A DNA stretch of 64,000 nucleotides from Amoebidium appalachense (lineage: Eukaryota > Protista > Ichthyosporea), in NCBI GenBank assembly GCA_963693365.1, contig CAVNZM010000005.1, positions 10,501,728-10,565,727 of the forward strand. The letters are read 5' to 3'. The translations under genes were made by a program, and so were the position numbers. The stretch's first letter is position 1, and each line of letters starts with the position of its first letter. The notes under the pieces were generated by a model, which saw only the letters and a list, made by a program, of their open reading frames with translations, searched no databases and was not told the origin of the DNA. This document shows positions 33,590 to 48,216 of this stretch, in pieces.

Positions 33590-34573
33590 CAGATAGGGAA
33601 ACCCTCGGAATTCTCCCATATAAGGCTGGTGACAGCTGGAAATTTATAGAAACCAACAACTCCAATGATAGCTGACAATAGGGCAACTTGTTTCTCATGG
33701 AATGACTTCACTATCACACCGAGCACTGCTAATATTAGCTTATAAACGCAATTATATAACATATTTGTTTTCACCAACTAATGGATCTATGACGTACAGT
33801 ATCTGTACACTTTCCACATCATTTGGGGTGGACACCAAGTATCAAAGAACTCTAGCCTAAACGTTACATGGTAAGCAGTGATGACAAATTGCAACGATGT
33901 GTATGTGTCTGTTTTGTGTGTGTGTGTGAAATTTGTGTGATTGTGTGTGTGTAGGTGCGCGTGCGCGTGTGTACATGTATGCGCGTGCGTCTGTGCAGGA
34001 GCATGTGTCATTACACATCACCAAATCACCAAGGTGCTCGGGAGGTCATCGGGGCCGTGTTCCATGGCCAAGACGCTGACAGAAATATCGACATCCCTCC
34101 AACAGTAACTTAGTATGCCATGCATCCAGTACATGATTAATTTGGTGTTGTACCACGAATACATGCGATCAAGAAAGAATTGGAGCCCGGGGAAGTAGAT
34201 TTTATCACATCAAGGCATTGCACAGAGGCTGCCAACGATGAATTAAATGACGACGGCATTGGAATATTTGGTGTTCTTTTTTTATACCGATGAGAATGGT
34301 ACATGGTGCTACTGGTGTAGACCCACACACCGAAGGTGAAATCTTGTCCATCGTTTGTTTAAACCGCATGTGACAGTCACAGGAGTTATTCAACTCCCGC
34401 ATCGCATGCATCCATGATCCGAAACTCCGTTGAAAATATTTGACGACGGTCACCTTATTGGCTGTAGATCTCCATTTTCCAAAGCTGCTTCTATATCGTT
34501 CCGTGTGGCACTTTCAAAAAAGGGTGTGGGTGCTTTTGGAGGAAGAGAGAGAAGGCAAGCTGGAGGTGGTGGG

Positions 34574-34616
<43 letters not shown>

Positions 34617-34649
34617 GCGCGCGCGTGTGTGTGTGTGTGTGTGTGTGGT

Positions 34650-34690
<41 letters not shown>

Positions 34691-34710
34691 AGCTCGGGAG
34701 CTGTGCGGTT

Positions 34711-34751
<41 letters not shown>

Positions 34752-34763
34752 CGCGGTGGGGGT

Positions 34764-34799
<36 letters not shown>

Positions 34800-35036
34800 T
34801 GTGATGTAGGTGTGTATGTGTGTGTGGTGTGTGTGCGGCTTTGGGGAGGTACTTACCATCATCTCACTGGGATCACCATCGTCACAAAAATTCAAAGAAA
34901 AATCTCTAAATTCTTCCTGATATGAAAACTTCCATGTTTACAGAGTGAATAATGCTCCATGTTGTGAAGGGTACGTGTGCTTGAAGTAGAAAAAGACGTC
35001 CAACAATCTCGCACTATGGTACTTGAGGGAGAGGGC

Positions 35037-35040
<4 letters not shown>
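33590..35040 (+). pseudogene. Possible decayed coding sequence (gene or transposon ORF) with multiple stops
   Basis: High-complexity blocks translate to protein-like text interrupted by stops, e.g. AREVIGAVFHGQDADRNIDIPPTVT*YAMHPVHD*FGVVPRIHAIKKELEPGEVDF and QELFNSRIACIHDPKLR*KYLTTVTLLAVDLHFPKLLLY. Family not recognised and strand uncertain. Confidence 0.25.
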
Positions 35041-35084
<44 letters not shown>

Positions 35085-36018
35085 GTACAAGGAGCCTCAG
35101 ACCATCCGATGATATGATAAACAACCATCACGGCCAGGTCGCCCACACACTTGAAGGCAGATCTGTCTCGTGTCAGTTTCAGTCACATCCAAACACAACC
35201 CACTGAACATGCAAATCCCCAGGTTGGGGATATGGACCTTGGTATGGAAAAAAATTCCAGAAAAATGGACCAGCACAATTTGCCAGACAAAAATGCCGTT
35301 GCTTGCTTTATTTGATTTGAGTTGAAAAGCTAAAACAAATGGCTCTGCCTTTGTTCTGATCCAGAAAAAAAATGACAAATGCGGAATTTAATTAAAAAAA
35401 AAAAAGACAACGAAAACTCGAAAAGACGGTTACATGATTTCAGAAACCTCATAACGAAAAGTGCACGGGAATGATATCAGATGACAAACCAATCACCGTA
35501 AAATCTACCCGGGCTCGGTTGTTTATTGGCCAAGAATCACGAAACTTATGCGCCGGCCCAGGATGATTGGCACACTCGCACAGGAAATCCATCTCATAGT
35601 TCTGTAACTTGGTCCATCAAACGGTACGACGTGATTGGCTGTTTTCAGTGCCTGCACCTGCAAGAAAAGAAAATGTTCATGCCAAAGTTTGATATGATGG
35701 GATAACTGATGAAATTCCAGCGGGTGGGCTGAATATATGTAGATATATCCCATAAACGATGAGAAAGATGCCCTGTGAACTGGCATCCCCGGGTGCTTGA
35801 GGCTGATGCATAAGGTTTGTAACTGGTCATTTGCCCCGCAATATATAGAAAAAAATACACAGGGGACAAAGAAAAAAAAGGGAATAAATAGCCAAATACA
35901 CACAAGCACACAGCAAGGCCTAATCAATCCCACCCTCCCCCTCTGCCCCACTCCCCAACACACACACAACTAAAACACACACACCCCTCCATTCAGACAT
36001 GCCGAGTGTCATCAACTT

Positions 36019-36053
<35 letters not shown>

Positions 36054-36090
36054 ACACACACACATCTACCCACCTGCTCACACCCACTGC

Positions 36091-36494
36091 CTAATAAGGG
36101 TTGTAGCGAGATGACCCGCCCCTTGCCCCGCCACGTGCCGGCCTCTGGGCGCCACCACCATAGCCCTGAAAAAAGTGCAAGAACGTCAGTCAGAGGAGCT
36201 ATTAAAAAAAATGGCGTGCAACGTTCATGACCAAAAAGCAACCGAATAATACAATCTTACTACTAACAGATGTGGAGTTCTTCTGTTTGTGTATTCCACT
36301 CTTCACCATTGTTGTTGGAAGATATGAGGCAGGGGGCCCCAGGAGCGCCCGGAGAAGGGGGGGGGGGGGGGGGGGGGGGTTTACTCAGAAGCATATCCAA
36401 ACCGGGTGGTTAAACTAGGCTACTACCGAAAGGCGACGCAGTCCAACTAAAACATGTAGGCTATATTCTCTTTCAGAACTTCCTTCCCCCCCCT

Positions 36495-36530
<36 letters not shown>

Positions 36531-36994
36531 ACATACCCGATCATATCCGCCGCTGTTGTAGCTGTCATAACCCCCCTGGCTGCCATACCCACCACTCCCC
36601 CCATACCCTCCGTGGCTGCCATATCCCCCGCTGGAATATCCACCGCCATATCCCCCCTGGCTCGAATATCCACCTCCATAGCCCCCACCGTATCCACCGT
36701 ATCCACCCCCGTAGCTGTCATATCCACCACCATATCCGCCCCCACCTGTGAAATTTGGTATATCCCACGTTAGGAATGACAAAGAGCCAACATCAATAGA
36801 TGACAGTAGTGGTTGAGGTTAATTTATCACAGAGAATCCCACCGTGCATTATCTTTACAAACAACGAACACCCATGGATTGATTTGTTTTTAACCTACCC
36901 ACTGGAATATGAGAGACACCCATTCCATTTCAAGTAACGAGCACAGAGTGCCAAAACAACCAAACCAATATTTCCTTCACCGAATAAAGGACAG

Positions 36995-37032
<38 letters not shown>

Positions 37033-38277
37033 GGGGGGGGTCAACACACGAGAATCACGGTAGTAGTCGCCACCACGACCACCATAGTCGTTGTATCCGC
37101 CTGCAAAACAGCATTCATGCATATAGGTCAGTACAGAGATGATACGTGTGCATGCGATTGCCGTGGAATCACCCACAGACACAGGCTCACTGCAAACACA
37201 CACATTCTGGAAGAGAAAGGGCAGGCGACAGGAGAGATGAAAAAAAGTAAAAAGTAGAGAAAACCGAAGAGGGAGCAAGAGGAGGCAAGGGGGGAGGGGG
37301 ATGTATGCATAAGAGGGTTGGAAAGAAGGAGACATCAAAGGACAAGACACAAAACGTCACAAATATGAAAAACCTGAAATCAAACAATGGCGTGCAGGCA
37401 GAAGACACTTTGAACAGAGCCCGTCATCAGGGGGGGAGGGGAGGGGGGCTCCTACGCCTCCAAAAAAGCATGGGTTTCAACTTTTTAACCCCCCCCCCCC
37501 CCCCCTTTTTTTTTTTTTTTTTTTTTTGGGGGGGGGGGGGGGGATAAATACCGCCATATCCGGCATCACGCGCAGGATAATCTCTGGACGGGCGCGATGA
37601 GTAGTTATCATGGTAGCCCCCACGACCCTCACGGCGAGGGGGTGGGGGTGGGGCACTGCGGTGGCCGTACTGTGGAAATTTCGGGGGTTTGGGTGAGATA
37701 TACATGTGGGTATGCAGGGGTGTCGTGGGATATATGGAAGGTAGTCTCAGATGAAATTCAACGGAGGCTCAGGTATGTTGTGGATTATTTTAAGGCTACG
37801 TTGGCCTTGTGAGTTTATACAGGAACATGTGAAAGTCAAAAAAAATGTGCTCACAGCCAAGACATTGACATCCATGAATCAAGAAAAGACCAAGGGGACA
37901 AAAGGAAGGAGAAAAACAAACAGCTTCACGGGCAGGAGGGGGGGGGGGGGGGGGGGGGGGAGGGGGGGGGGGGGGGGGGAGGGTTTGAATGCGTTATAAA
38001 GTGCTAAGTACACAAGAACAAACGGATAACACGATGCAGAATGCAAGCCATACATAAAGAGTATGCATAATAAGTAGAGCCCATCCTCAGGGGGGGCCCA
38101 CGTCATCCACAGTAGCCGAGTTTCGACCTATTCACCTCGTTAACAAAACCCAACTCAGATACTGTTTCACTTGAACATGGGTAGGTCACCCGTCTTGATC
38201 AGAGACGAGCAGGGTTGCTTATGCAGGCAAGGGCAGTGGGAAAGGCCGGGGATTAAAGTTGCAGCAGTAAGCAGAAG

Positions 38278-38338
<61 letters not shown>

Positions 38339-39243
38339 CTGGGCAACACAACAGCACAGGGTTCAACGTGCACGTGAGACTGTGTGTGCAAGCAAGGAGC
38401 AGAAGGTGAAGGAGCCGAGGATGGTTTGTTTTCTTGTGTGTGCGCGTGTGTGTGCATGTGCATGTGTTTGTGTATGCATATGCATGTGTGTTGTCGCATG
38501 TGTTTCTGAGTGTGTGCGTGATCCAGGGGGGGGAGGGGGGCTACCGACCGGGTCACGGTTAGCTGCAGAGCGCACATCGCGTGGGGGTGGGCCACTCTGC
38601 AACCGCATTAAGTAAGCCATCTTCAACTTAGGCCCCATGCAAATGCACTATAGTATTCCCCCCCCCCCCCCCCCCCCCTCTTTCCCCCTGCACACACACG
38701 TGAAGGTTTCAAGGGTACACCCACCACCACCCTTTAAACCTTGACATCTTTTTGCACCGAGCTTCCCTAAAAATAAATGGCACATTGTTAATCGTTTTTA
38801 AGGTTGTGTTAAAGAAAAGTACAAATTGATGGGGGGATAAAGGTGTGTGTGTGTGCGTTTGAGGGAAGAGGGGGGGGGGGGAGGGGGAGGAAGAGGGGGA
38901 GACACACGTTATAGCCACCACGTGCAGAACCACGGGGCTTGGCCATTGAAGCCTGGATGTAGTTGTTTCCTAATTTGGTATTGTGCAGCGCTGTGATTGC
39001 TTTAAGGGCATCGTTGCGTCGGTCAAACTCCACAAAGCAGTAGCCCCGGGGCTGGTTTTGTGCGTCCTTGCTGATCGTGACCTAATAAGGAAAAAATGAA
39101 AACGGGCATGGTTAGTGGGGTGTTCTTTAAAAATTCGAGGAGGTAGGGTAGGTGTTGGTCATGTCAAGGCACGATTTTCTTTGTGTGTGTGTGTGTATGT
39201 GTGTGTGTGTGTGTGTGCGTGTGTGCGTGTGTGTGTGTATATA

Positions 39244-39276
<33 letters not shown>

Positions 39277-39309
39277 GTGTGTGTGTGTGTGTCGAGAACC
39301 CCTGCAAGT

Positions 39310-39342
<33 letters not shown>

Positions 39343-40862
39343 CAACGTGAGAGCCGCTGTACGTGCGTACGTGTGTGCGCGCACGTGTGTGTGTGTGCAT
39401 GTGCGTGTGTTTCACTATGTGGGTACACGTGCACATTACCCACCTTGAGCACTGCGCCGTAGACCTTGCATGCGTTTCTGATGTCCTCCTCCGTCAGGGC
39501 CTTATCCAGGTTGGACACGTACACAGACTTGCTGTTAGACTGGGAGGGGTCTTCATCTGGTTCGGCCCACGTAATGTTCTGGAAGACAGAGAACAAGCGG
39601 GAGTTAGTGCAAGCAAATGTGGGAGGGTGGGAGGGACGGTTGGGAGAAATGTGTTAGGCTTGACAAATGAAGGGGGGGAGGGGGAAGGATGGAGAAGTAC
39701 CAGATTGGGGACGAGAAAGGAAAGGATACAAAGATGGGTTAAAGAAACAATGGCTTAAGGTAGATGAAATCATGGGATCGCGGCGAGCAGAAAACCAACT
39801 ACACCTAAATCCGGTACGTTTTTGTTAGTACAATCAAGTATAGAAATTGTGTACTATAAAAACTTTTTACTCGAATGAGTTATAAAAATTCTGTACAACA
39901 GATTGTAAGTTCATACTATACAGATAATATTCCCATGCTTAAACATGCTCTAGCGCACAGTGTGGTCATTTTGTAGTCTATAATATTCTTGCTTATAGGT
40001 CACGCGCGGGTTATACAAAGCATTTGCGTTACATTTTTGCCCTCCTCCGGATGGCCGCTGCCCGTACGCGTGTGAGCCAACTCAGCCAACTGAGCCACTA
40101 TGGTTCGTACATGTGATATCATCGGTGTTGGGAATCCTGGTGGGATAAAACAGGAATACACTTCTGTAGATATCATAATTTTTGTAGGGTATTGAGAAAA
40201 GGTAAAAAGGTAATGAAAAGAATGAACATAGCAGTTAGGAGAATAGCCCAAACGTTTGCCGCCATGGTGCATGTGTGATCCGACGGTACCGTGTTATTCA
40301 TGAGCCACATGCGAATCTCCTCAGAGTGGGGCGTATCGTAAAGGCGTAACCAGGCTCCAAGGACAATCAAATTTCAATCTATAATAGTACCTAATCCCTA
40401 TTTGCACATATAGGCCTATGTAGACAGCGATAAAAATGAGGCCTCGCCGCCAAACCAGAAATTCAATTTTTCATGTAGTTTGCACTGTATGGTGTAGGAC
40501 GTTTGTAGCAGAATTTTCCATAGCTAAAATTTCCTAGGCCGGAAAATTCAAAATCCGAGCTGCCTGGCTCAGCGGCACACCCAGATACATCTTAGAGTTT
40601 TGGGAGACAGGTGACGCAAACTCTTAGCCAATCATATTGTAGATGCTTTTTCGAGCCTCGATTCAAAGCGGCACAACGCTGGTTTTTTCGTATTTCATTC
40701 TTAACCTTTCTTGGTTATTTGCCATTACGCTACGTGATACTATTGGCCAGTTGGAGTCAACAGCAAAAAAAGTATGCTCACAAAAGAGAAAATCTACTCA
40801 AGAGCCGGCACCACACCTTGCAGAAAAAAGGAGGGGGGAGGAAGGGCAGGCGGGCGGCGCCC

Positions 40863-40896
<34 letters not shown>

Positions 40897-41543
40897 GCTA
40901 TACAAGTTAGAAACGGTGGAAGCAAAGGCATCAGATGAAAAACCACATAACAAACAAAAAACAAACAAACAAACAAGGAAAAAAAAGGGGGGGGAAGGAA
41001 GGTAGGTGTGACTCTACTTACCACGTTGCGATCGTCGATGCGTGTGAAGGACATGTTCTGCAGTTTGCGCAAACAGTTGTATGCCGTGTGCTGGTCTGTC
41101 AGCTGTAGGAACCCGAACCCGCGGCACTTGCCGTCGTCTGTGCACTTCACCTCAAGCTGTGCGCGTGCAAAGGAAAAGAGGGAAAAAAGGTTGATATGTA
41201 TTAGTGATGATAGGTTATGTGTAAAAAAAAAAGAGGTATCTGGAGGTAATGATAGTGCCATTGCTAGGGACATTCATACAAAGGTGGTGTTAAAGCCTCT
41301 TTATCATACGAATGCTAGTGTAGGTGACTAAGAGAGGGTGTATATCATATGTTTGTGGCTCTGAAAGGCACACGTGGTACTTGTAGTTCATTTACATGAA
41401 AGAACACATACTAAACTTCCACTATCTCAGGGGTCTTGGGTCGGTTGTCGAAATAACACCGGCATACCTGCAAAGGAGCTCCACCGTTCTACAACGCTTT
41501 TACAACCTCATTACTAGGTATTACAAAAACGGAGATACTCATA

Positions 41544-41574
<31 letters not shown>

Positions 41575-42122
41575 CGTGTGCATGCGTGCGTAAGAGAGGA
41601 GGAGGGGGGGGGGGGGGGGGGGAAAGGGAGTAATCTGTGCAACAAAGTACGAAGTACATATTCATTAAAGAAAACACAACGCAGGTTGCAGGCGGTGTCT
41701 GTGTGTGTGTGTCTGTGGGGGGGGGGGGGGGGGGGGGGGGGGGGAGGGGGGTTGAAATACCGAAGCAATGTTGTCTGAGCCAATCCACTCGCTGAGTTTT
41801 TCCAGCACTTTGTCTGTGGTGGCGGTGTCAGCCAGCCCACCAAGATACAGAGTCACACGCTCGGCAGATGGGCCCACACGGCACCGACGACCCTGGGGGG
41901 GGGGGGGGGGGGGGGGGGGGAGGGGGTGTCAGTGTAAAAGGGAAAGGGGGGGGGGGGGGGGGGGTCAGTGTAAAAGGGGAAAAGAGAGGGGGGGGGGGGG
42001 GGGGGGGATAGATAGGATTGCATGGAAATATGATTGGGGTTGTTTCATTTTTCTACAGGTGCAGATGGTGGTGGTGGTGCTGTGTGTGTGTGTGTTTGTG
42101 TGTGTGTTTGGGGGTGGGGGGT

Positions 42123-42171
<49 letters not shown>

Positions 42172-42654
42172 GAATGTGTCATAAAGTACGAAGTACACAA
42201 GAACAACGGATAACACGATGCAGAGTGCAAACCATACATGAGTATGCATAATAAGCAGAGTCCGCCCTCAGGCCGGGGGGGGGGGGGGGGGGGGGGGGGT
42301 AAAACGCGGAACACGGTACGAAGTACGCGTACACGACGAGAAGCATGGTGCAGGACACATACAAAGGCAAACATTCAAGTATGCAACATCAGCCATGCGC
42401 ACAGTATGCGTCATAAGCAGAGCCCATCCTCAGGGAGGGCGGGCACGTCATCCACATACCCGAGTTTCGACCCATTCACCTCGTTAACGAAACCCAACCC
42501 AGATACTGTTTCAATTGAACATGGGTGGGTCACCCGTTTTGACCAGAGGTGAGCAGGGTTACTTATGCAGGCAGGGGGAGTGGGAAAGGCGGGGGGTTAA
42601 AGTTGCAGCAGTAAGCGGAAGCAAGAAAAATATAGATAGGAGCTCAGAAGACGG

Positions 42655-42685
<31 letters not shown>

Positions 42686-42758
42686 AGGGGATGGCATGAA
42701 AATATGATTGGGATTGTTTCATGTTTCTACAGTGGAAATAACAATAACGATAACCCCG

Positions 42759-42792
<34 letters not shown>

Positions 42793-43109
42793 AGGGGGGA
42801 GGGGGGGGGGGGGGGAGGGGGGAGGGGGAAGAGAAAGCTATGATTATATACCTTGATGCTGGGGCAGTCAAAGTCAGCCTTGAGCACCGTCTGCTGTGTG
42901 TCCCTGTTTACAAAGTGCACAAAGCCAAAGCCCCTGTTCTTGCCCGTCACACGGTCCTTGAAGCAGCGCACACTCTTGACAGCACCTATATGCCCCATGT
43001 AAGCGAGTGCGTCGAGAGACTAACACTTTAGTAAGTAGGTGACGCAGCAGCTTTCACTGCTCACTACCACACCTACTTACATAAGCGCTCGTACGCGCGC
43101 GCGCACGCA

Positions 43110-43164
<55 letters not shown>

Positions 43165-43566
43165 GCGCGCGCGCATACACACAGAGAGATAGAAAGGGGG
43201 GGGGGGGGGGGGGGGGGGGGGGGAGGGGGGGGGGACGGGAGGGAGGGAGAGAGAGAGAGAGAAACACACTTAACACACACACACACACATACACCCATAC
43301 CCCGACCCGCACCCACAGGCACTGTGACTAAAAGCAGAAAGCAAGGGCAAAAAGGACGCTAGAGCGCACACATCCGCCAAATCAAACCCCACATATACAC
43401 ACACAAGACAGGCACACAGGACAACCCCCCCCCCCCCCCCCCCAACACAAACACAAAAAACAAAACAAAAAAACAAAGGCTGACACAAACACACACACAC
43501 ACACCCGAAGCCACACAGACCCACCCCCACGCCCACAAGCACACACACAAACACAGAAAGAGAGCC

Positions 43567-43612
<46 letters not shown>

Positions 43613-43860
43613 ACACACACGCCACCTACCGATGGGCTTGAATGCCTCCATGAGGTCCGACTCTGTGACGTCAGCCATCAGATCACCCACCCACACGTTG
43701 TATGTTTTGTGCTGCGTAAGCACGGCCTGCGACAGCCCCCCTCCTTTCGGATGTCCAACTGCAGTGAAAGAAGGACGGGGAAAGCGGAGGAGTGGAGAGA
43801 GGGGGTTGGGGGTTGGGGGAGGGGGGGGCAGGAGGCATGGGCGAACACCACGGGGACGGG

Positions 43861-43956
<96 letters not shown>

Positions 43957-44324
43957 GAGGGAGGGGGAAGGGAGGGAGATGTGGGATTAGTACGATTCAC
44001 AAGTGATAGGCTCTAGTCTTCAAAGAAACAATGGCTTTAACTGTCACCACCCCTGCAGTTTACACCAGCGTGCACAGGGAGGTTCCAGGACCACGTCTTC
44101 CTTCCACGCCTTTATTCCCTGCCCATCATGCGCAACCCCTTAGCCATCAGATAGTTCTTTCATACTGACCATCCCCCCCCCCCCCCCCCCAACCCCCTCC
44201 GGCCCCCTTCCCGCGTTTGCCACTCACCAAAATGGCAAAAGCACATACACACACACACACACACCACCCCCTCCCCTCCCCCCCCCCCCCCCCCCCCCCC
44301 ACACACACAGCCCAAAGAAACATA

Positions 44325-44361
<37 letters not shown>

Positions 44362-44854
44362 GCAAAAAGCAAAGAACCAGGTCACTATCAAAAAACCAAA
44401 AAAACAATATTACCTTCATTGACGAAGTGAACGTGCCGGGCTTAGCGCTAGCCTCATCCTCCTTCATCGCCTCCTGCTGTGCACGTGCGTCTGCATTCGC
44501 CTGTTCATCCTCCTTGCTACTCTTCTCTTCCTTCCTCTCACCATCCCTCGACGACTCATGATGATGTTCATGTTTCTGTTTCTCTTCCTTCCCTTCATTT
44601 CCCACCTTTTCCTCTTTCACCTCCTCCTTTTTCGCCCCTTCTTCCGTGTGTGTTTTTTCTTTTTCTTCCTCAACTGGACACATTTCTTCATCATGGTTCG
44701 TTTCGTTGGCGGGTGCTGGTTCTTTTTCGACGTTGTTTTCGTTGGTTTTCTGTTCTTCCTCTCCCGTTTGCATGTTTTCTGCGGGGGGTTCTTCCTTCGT
44801 TTCCTCGGCGGCAGTCATGGTGGTGTCCTCGTGCTGTACCTCCTCGCTCACGGC

Positions 44855-44899
<45 letters not shown>

Positions 44900-47710
44900 C
44901 GCGCGGGCGTGCAGGTGAAACAGAGGCATCCTAACAGGCGAGGGACAAAGCGCCCGGCAAAGAGAGAGCGAGGGGGGGAGAGATCGAAGTTAGCTAGTTG
45001 GAGATTGTTGTAGAACACAAAGCATGTTCAATGCTACATTATCCTAAGAAGCTCCTAAACCCCATAACATAAGCAAGGCTCGCCATAGCACATCCCGTTA
45101 CAAAGGAAGAGGAGAAATGGCACATGGGGAACATATGCAACATAACAAAGGAGGGGGAGGGGGGAGGGGGGGGGTCTAAATGTGTCATTAAGTACGAAGT
45201 ACACATGAAACGGGGGGGGGGGGGGGGGGGGGGGGGGGGGAAGGATGGGGAGCTCAAAAACGGGAAAGGGGTGGGTGGGTGGGTGGGGGGAGGGGGGGGA
45301 AGGATAAGGCGACCACCTTCCGATGCCTCATTAGGGGCTTCAGCATTTGCAGCAGAGGGATTCTGGCGATCCTGCACCACAACAATAACACGTCAGCAAA
45401 CATACTGCAAGGTCTGCAGTTCTCTGCCTAGGCACTAAGTGGAAGGCGCTGGGGTAGACATGCTACATGCATGCGCACATGTGTGGCACAGCACGCAACA
45501 ACTAGTTCATAAACCTTCTCAAATCAAAAACCTCTCTTTCCTTTCCCCCTCCCCTCCTCCCTTCCTGGGGCGCCTATGACCCCTTCTCTTTTCTATGTTT
45601 GTGAGGCACAACTAAATGTTACCCTTTACTTTGACACTCCCTTCACAAAGTCATCAAACACTGGCATACATTTGAGAGAAAGCATTCTATTTGAAGACCT
45701 TCACTCTTACACTTGTGCACAATCATGCCATTGCACAAGAAACGAACACGTAAATGAGAAACCGCACACGACACCAACATACAGGTGAAAACCAAGGACC
45801 CACAGGTCTCACTTTGTTGGTGAGAATCCGCCGTCTCATAACCAAAAGTTATTAGTGCCTTATCATGCATTGACCATATTTGGGCTAGGCGCAGAACCAT
45901 CATACAGATCGCAAGAAACTAATGGTTGCAAAGAGACACTACCAAAAAAGGACCTTCTTGTAAGCAGGAAAAGCACCGAAACTGAATATACATATGTAGT
46001 TGGAAAGGAAAGCTGGAGGAAAAAAAAACAAACAGAAGAAAACTCCGGGTGGAGGTGGACATGGTGATTAGCAGGAAGAAATCGTGTAGGACAAGAAGGA
46101 CAACTTTTTCTTGGGGTAAAAAAAAACAAACATAACATTTCTGGAGAGGGAAAACTGTACATGTAACAAAAAAACTGAGCGCAGAGGTGAGTGTGTGCCT
46201 ACTAGCAGGGAGGAAAAATACCTTGATTGCCTTTTCAACGACTTCATAGTCCATATCGAAAAACGAGTCGAGCGCTTCGTTCAGATTGTCAACTCCCTCG
46301 AAATATGAACTGACGTCCCTGCGTGATCGTTACAAGAAAAATGTTACAAAATTGCTTTGCTCATCGTTGGAACCATGAAACAAGTCGCCAACGACAACAT
46401 GAGCGGAGCCTAACTCTTTCTGAGATTATCATTTAGATTGGAACTGAAAACTGCGGCAAGTGAATGGGGGAAAGAAAGGGAGGAAACCGTGTGCCATTGT
46501 GCACACTCACGGTTTAATCTTGTTGCAGGAAAAAGCCGGCAAACGGCATGTTGAGAATGGCTACGATCAGCAAGAGCCAGTTGCGGAGTGGGGCCGGTGG
46601 GTGGGGTGGGGGTGAGCGAGAGAGAGAGATAGAGAGAGAGAGGGAGGCGGAGGGAGGGAGGGTAAAAGAGCAGGGAGGGAGGGAGGGAGGGAGGGAGGGA
46701 GAGAGAGAGGGAGGGAAAGAGAGAGAAAGAGAGAGAGGGGGGGGGGGGGAGGGAGGGAGGGAGAGAGGGAGAGAGTGAGAGCAATGTGTAGGCAAAATGG
46801 AGAGTGAGATTAGAACGGGGTGGCCGCCACAAGACTACAGTACACATTTCGAACCACATACCCAAACCAGAAGGCATCACCTACGTGGGAAAGGAGGAGG
46901 AGGGGGCCAGACACACAGGGTGGGTGGCTAGGGCAAGAAGGGAGGAGGGAGGAGAGCGGAAGGGGGGGTGGGGTGGGGGGGGGGGGGGGGGGAGAAGGCA
47001 ACAGGACTAGGAGGTGTACAGGCACCCACCTGATGAAGGCCTGCTTTGACGTTGGCAGCACTCGCTTTAGCGTCTGCAGAAAAAGTCCAATTCGTCAGTA
47101 ACTATCTGTATACACTCTGGTTGAGAAATAAAACAATGCTTGACACGATGAGCATGTAATGGCCAGCCAGACGGTGTGACACACCAGAATATATAACAAA
47201 GAGCAATGAGCCTTCTCTACCTCTCGATGGTTTTCCCTTTCAATTATCAGTAGGCATGGCTCGCCTCATGGTTGAATTTTAAGTGAACCAAAAGGCAGTG
47301 TGAACACCCAGACCGAAAACTGCAAAACACACAACAGAAGCTGTGTAGGAACTTACTTCCGCGAGTCTAACCCTCACATTCTCTCTCACACACACAGGCC
47401 TGGCAACACACACATTTCCACTCATAAGCGCACGTATGCGCGCGCGCGCACACACATACACACACACACACACATACACACACACACACACCCACACACA
47501 TACACAGTAACACTCGCACACTTACCCAAGCCCACACACAATCACAAGCTTTCATGTGCTCAGCATGGAGTAAACTTTAGTAAACCCACGCCCGCATGCA
47601 AGCGCAGGAACCCGTGCGCAATATACCTTCAACTTGTGAAAACGCTGGAGAAAACTCTCGGGTGCGGACTGGTCCGCACATTTAAACAATTTGTCCAAAA
47701 TAGCATCCAT
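36091..47710 (-). CDS. hnRNP Q/R (SYNCRIP)-like RNA-binding protein: N-terminal helical NURR/acidic domain, acidic linker, 3 RRMs, RGG/YGG tail, C-terminal PY-NLS
   Basis: Exons include 47710-47627, 47073-47030, 46318-46222, ~45372-45318, ~44856-44414, ~43726-43631, ~42986-42852, ~41892-41761, ~41157-41022, ~39579-39443, ~39081-38908, ~38600-38550, ~37700-37552, ~37100-37050, ~36746-36537 and ~36165-36091. RNP motifs VWVGDL/RGFGFVHF, LYLGGL/RGFGFLQL and VYVSNL/RGYCFVEF; hnRNP Q/R-type TWAEP linker; N-terminal LQRF..LKRV..SKQAFI resembles LQQF..LSHVQNKSAFL; ends RYNPY*. Confidence 0.85.
37981..38278 (-). repeat. Intronic dispersed repeat copy A, containing structured core 38070-38223
   Basis: Homologous to 42168-42622 and 51441-51726/51894-52179; the core is closed by ATAAG...CTTAT. 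Confidence 0.8.
42168..42622 (-). repeat. Intronic dispersed repeat: truncated copy (42168-42272) plus copy B (core 42412-42567)
   Basis: Same family as 37981-38278 and 51441-52341; one flank is shared with copy A, the other with copies C/D. Confidence 0.8.
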
Positions 47711-48216
47711 GTTGCTGTCTTGCTAGCACCTACGCTGAAGCCCACTTCTGTTATTGTAACTGTATAGACGGAATGTACAAAGACCTGGGAGCACTCGCAC
47801 TTTTCTTCTCTGTTTATACGTCCCCCCCCTTCAATTTTTTCTAACTATACACAGAAGGGAAAAGTCTATGAAACTAGTTACCAATGATGTAACTCGTCGA
47901 AGAATTCGAAAGCAAAAAGAAAGCAAAAACATGATTCCTTCAGGATTGTTTCACTTTCATGTGCCTCGGGAATGATAGCGGCCCAAGCGTGTCACACGAA
48001 TGAGCCTAACGATTTTAAATGTTCACTGCACTAAACATATTATATTAGTTGATTAACAGCGTTGTTAAAGCCATCGTCGAATACAAACGATAAATTATAT
48101 TTTGTAGGTTTATCGATGATACCGGCGAGCGGCGTTAGGCAACCGTTCATGGCGCGCCGCCAGGCGCCCAGCTGCAGGCCAGAATCGATCACGTGTGTGC
48201 GTCTCTCCTTTAGCTA

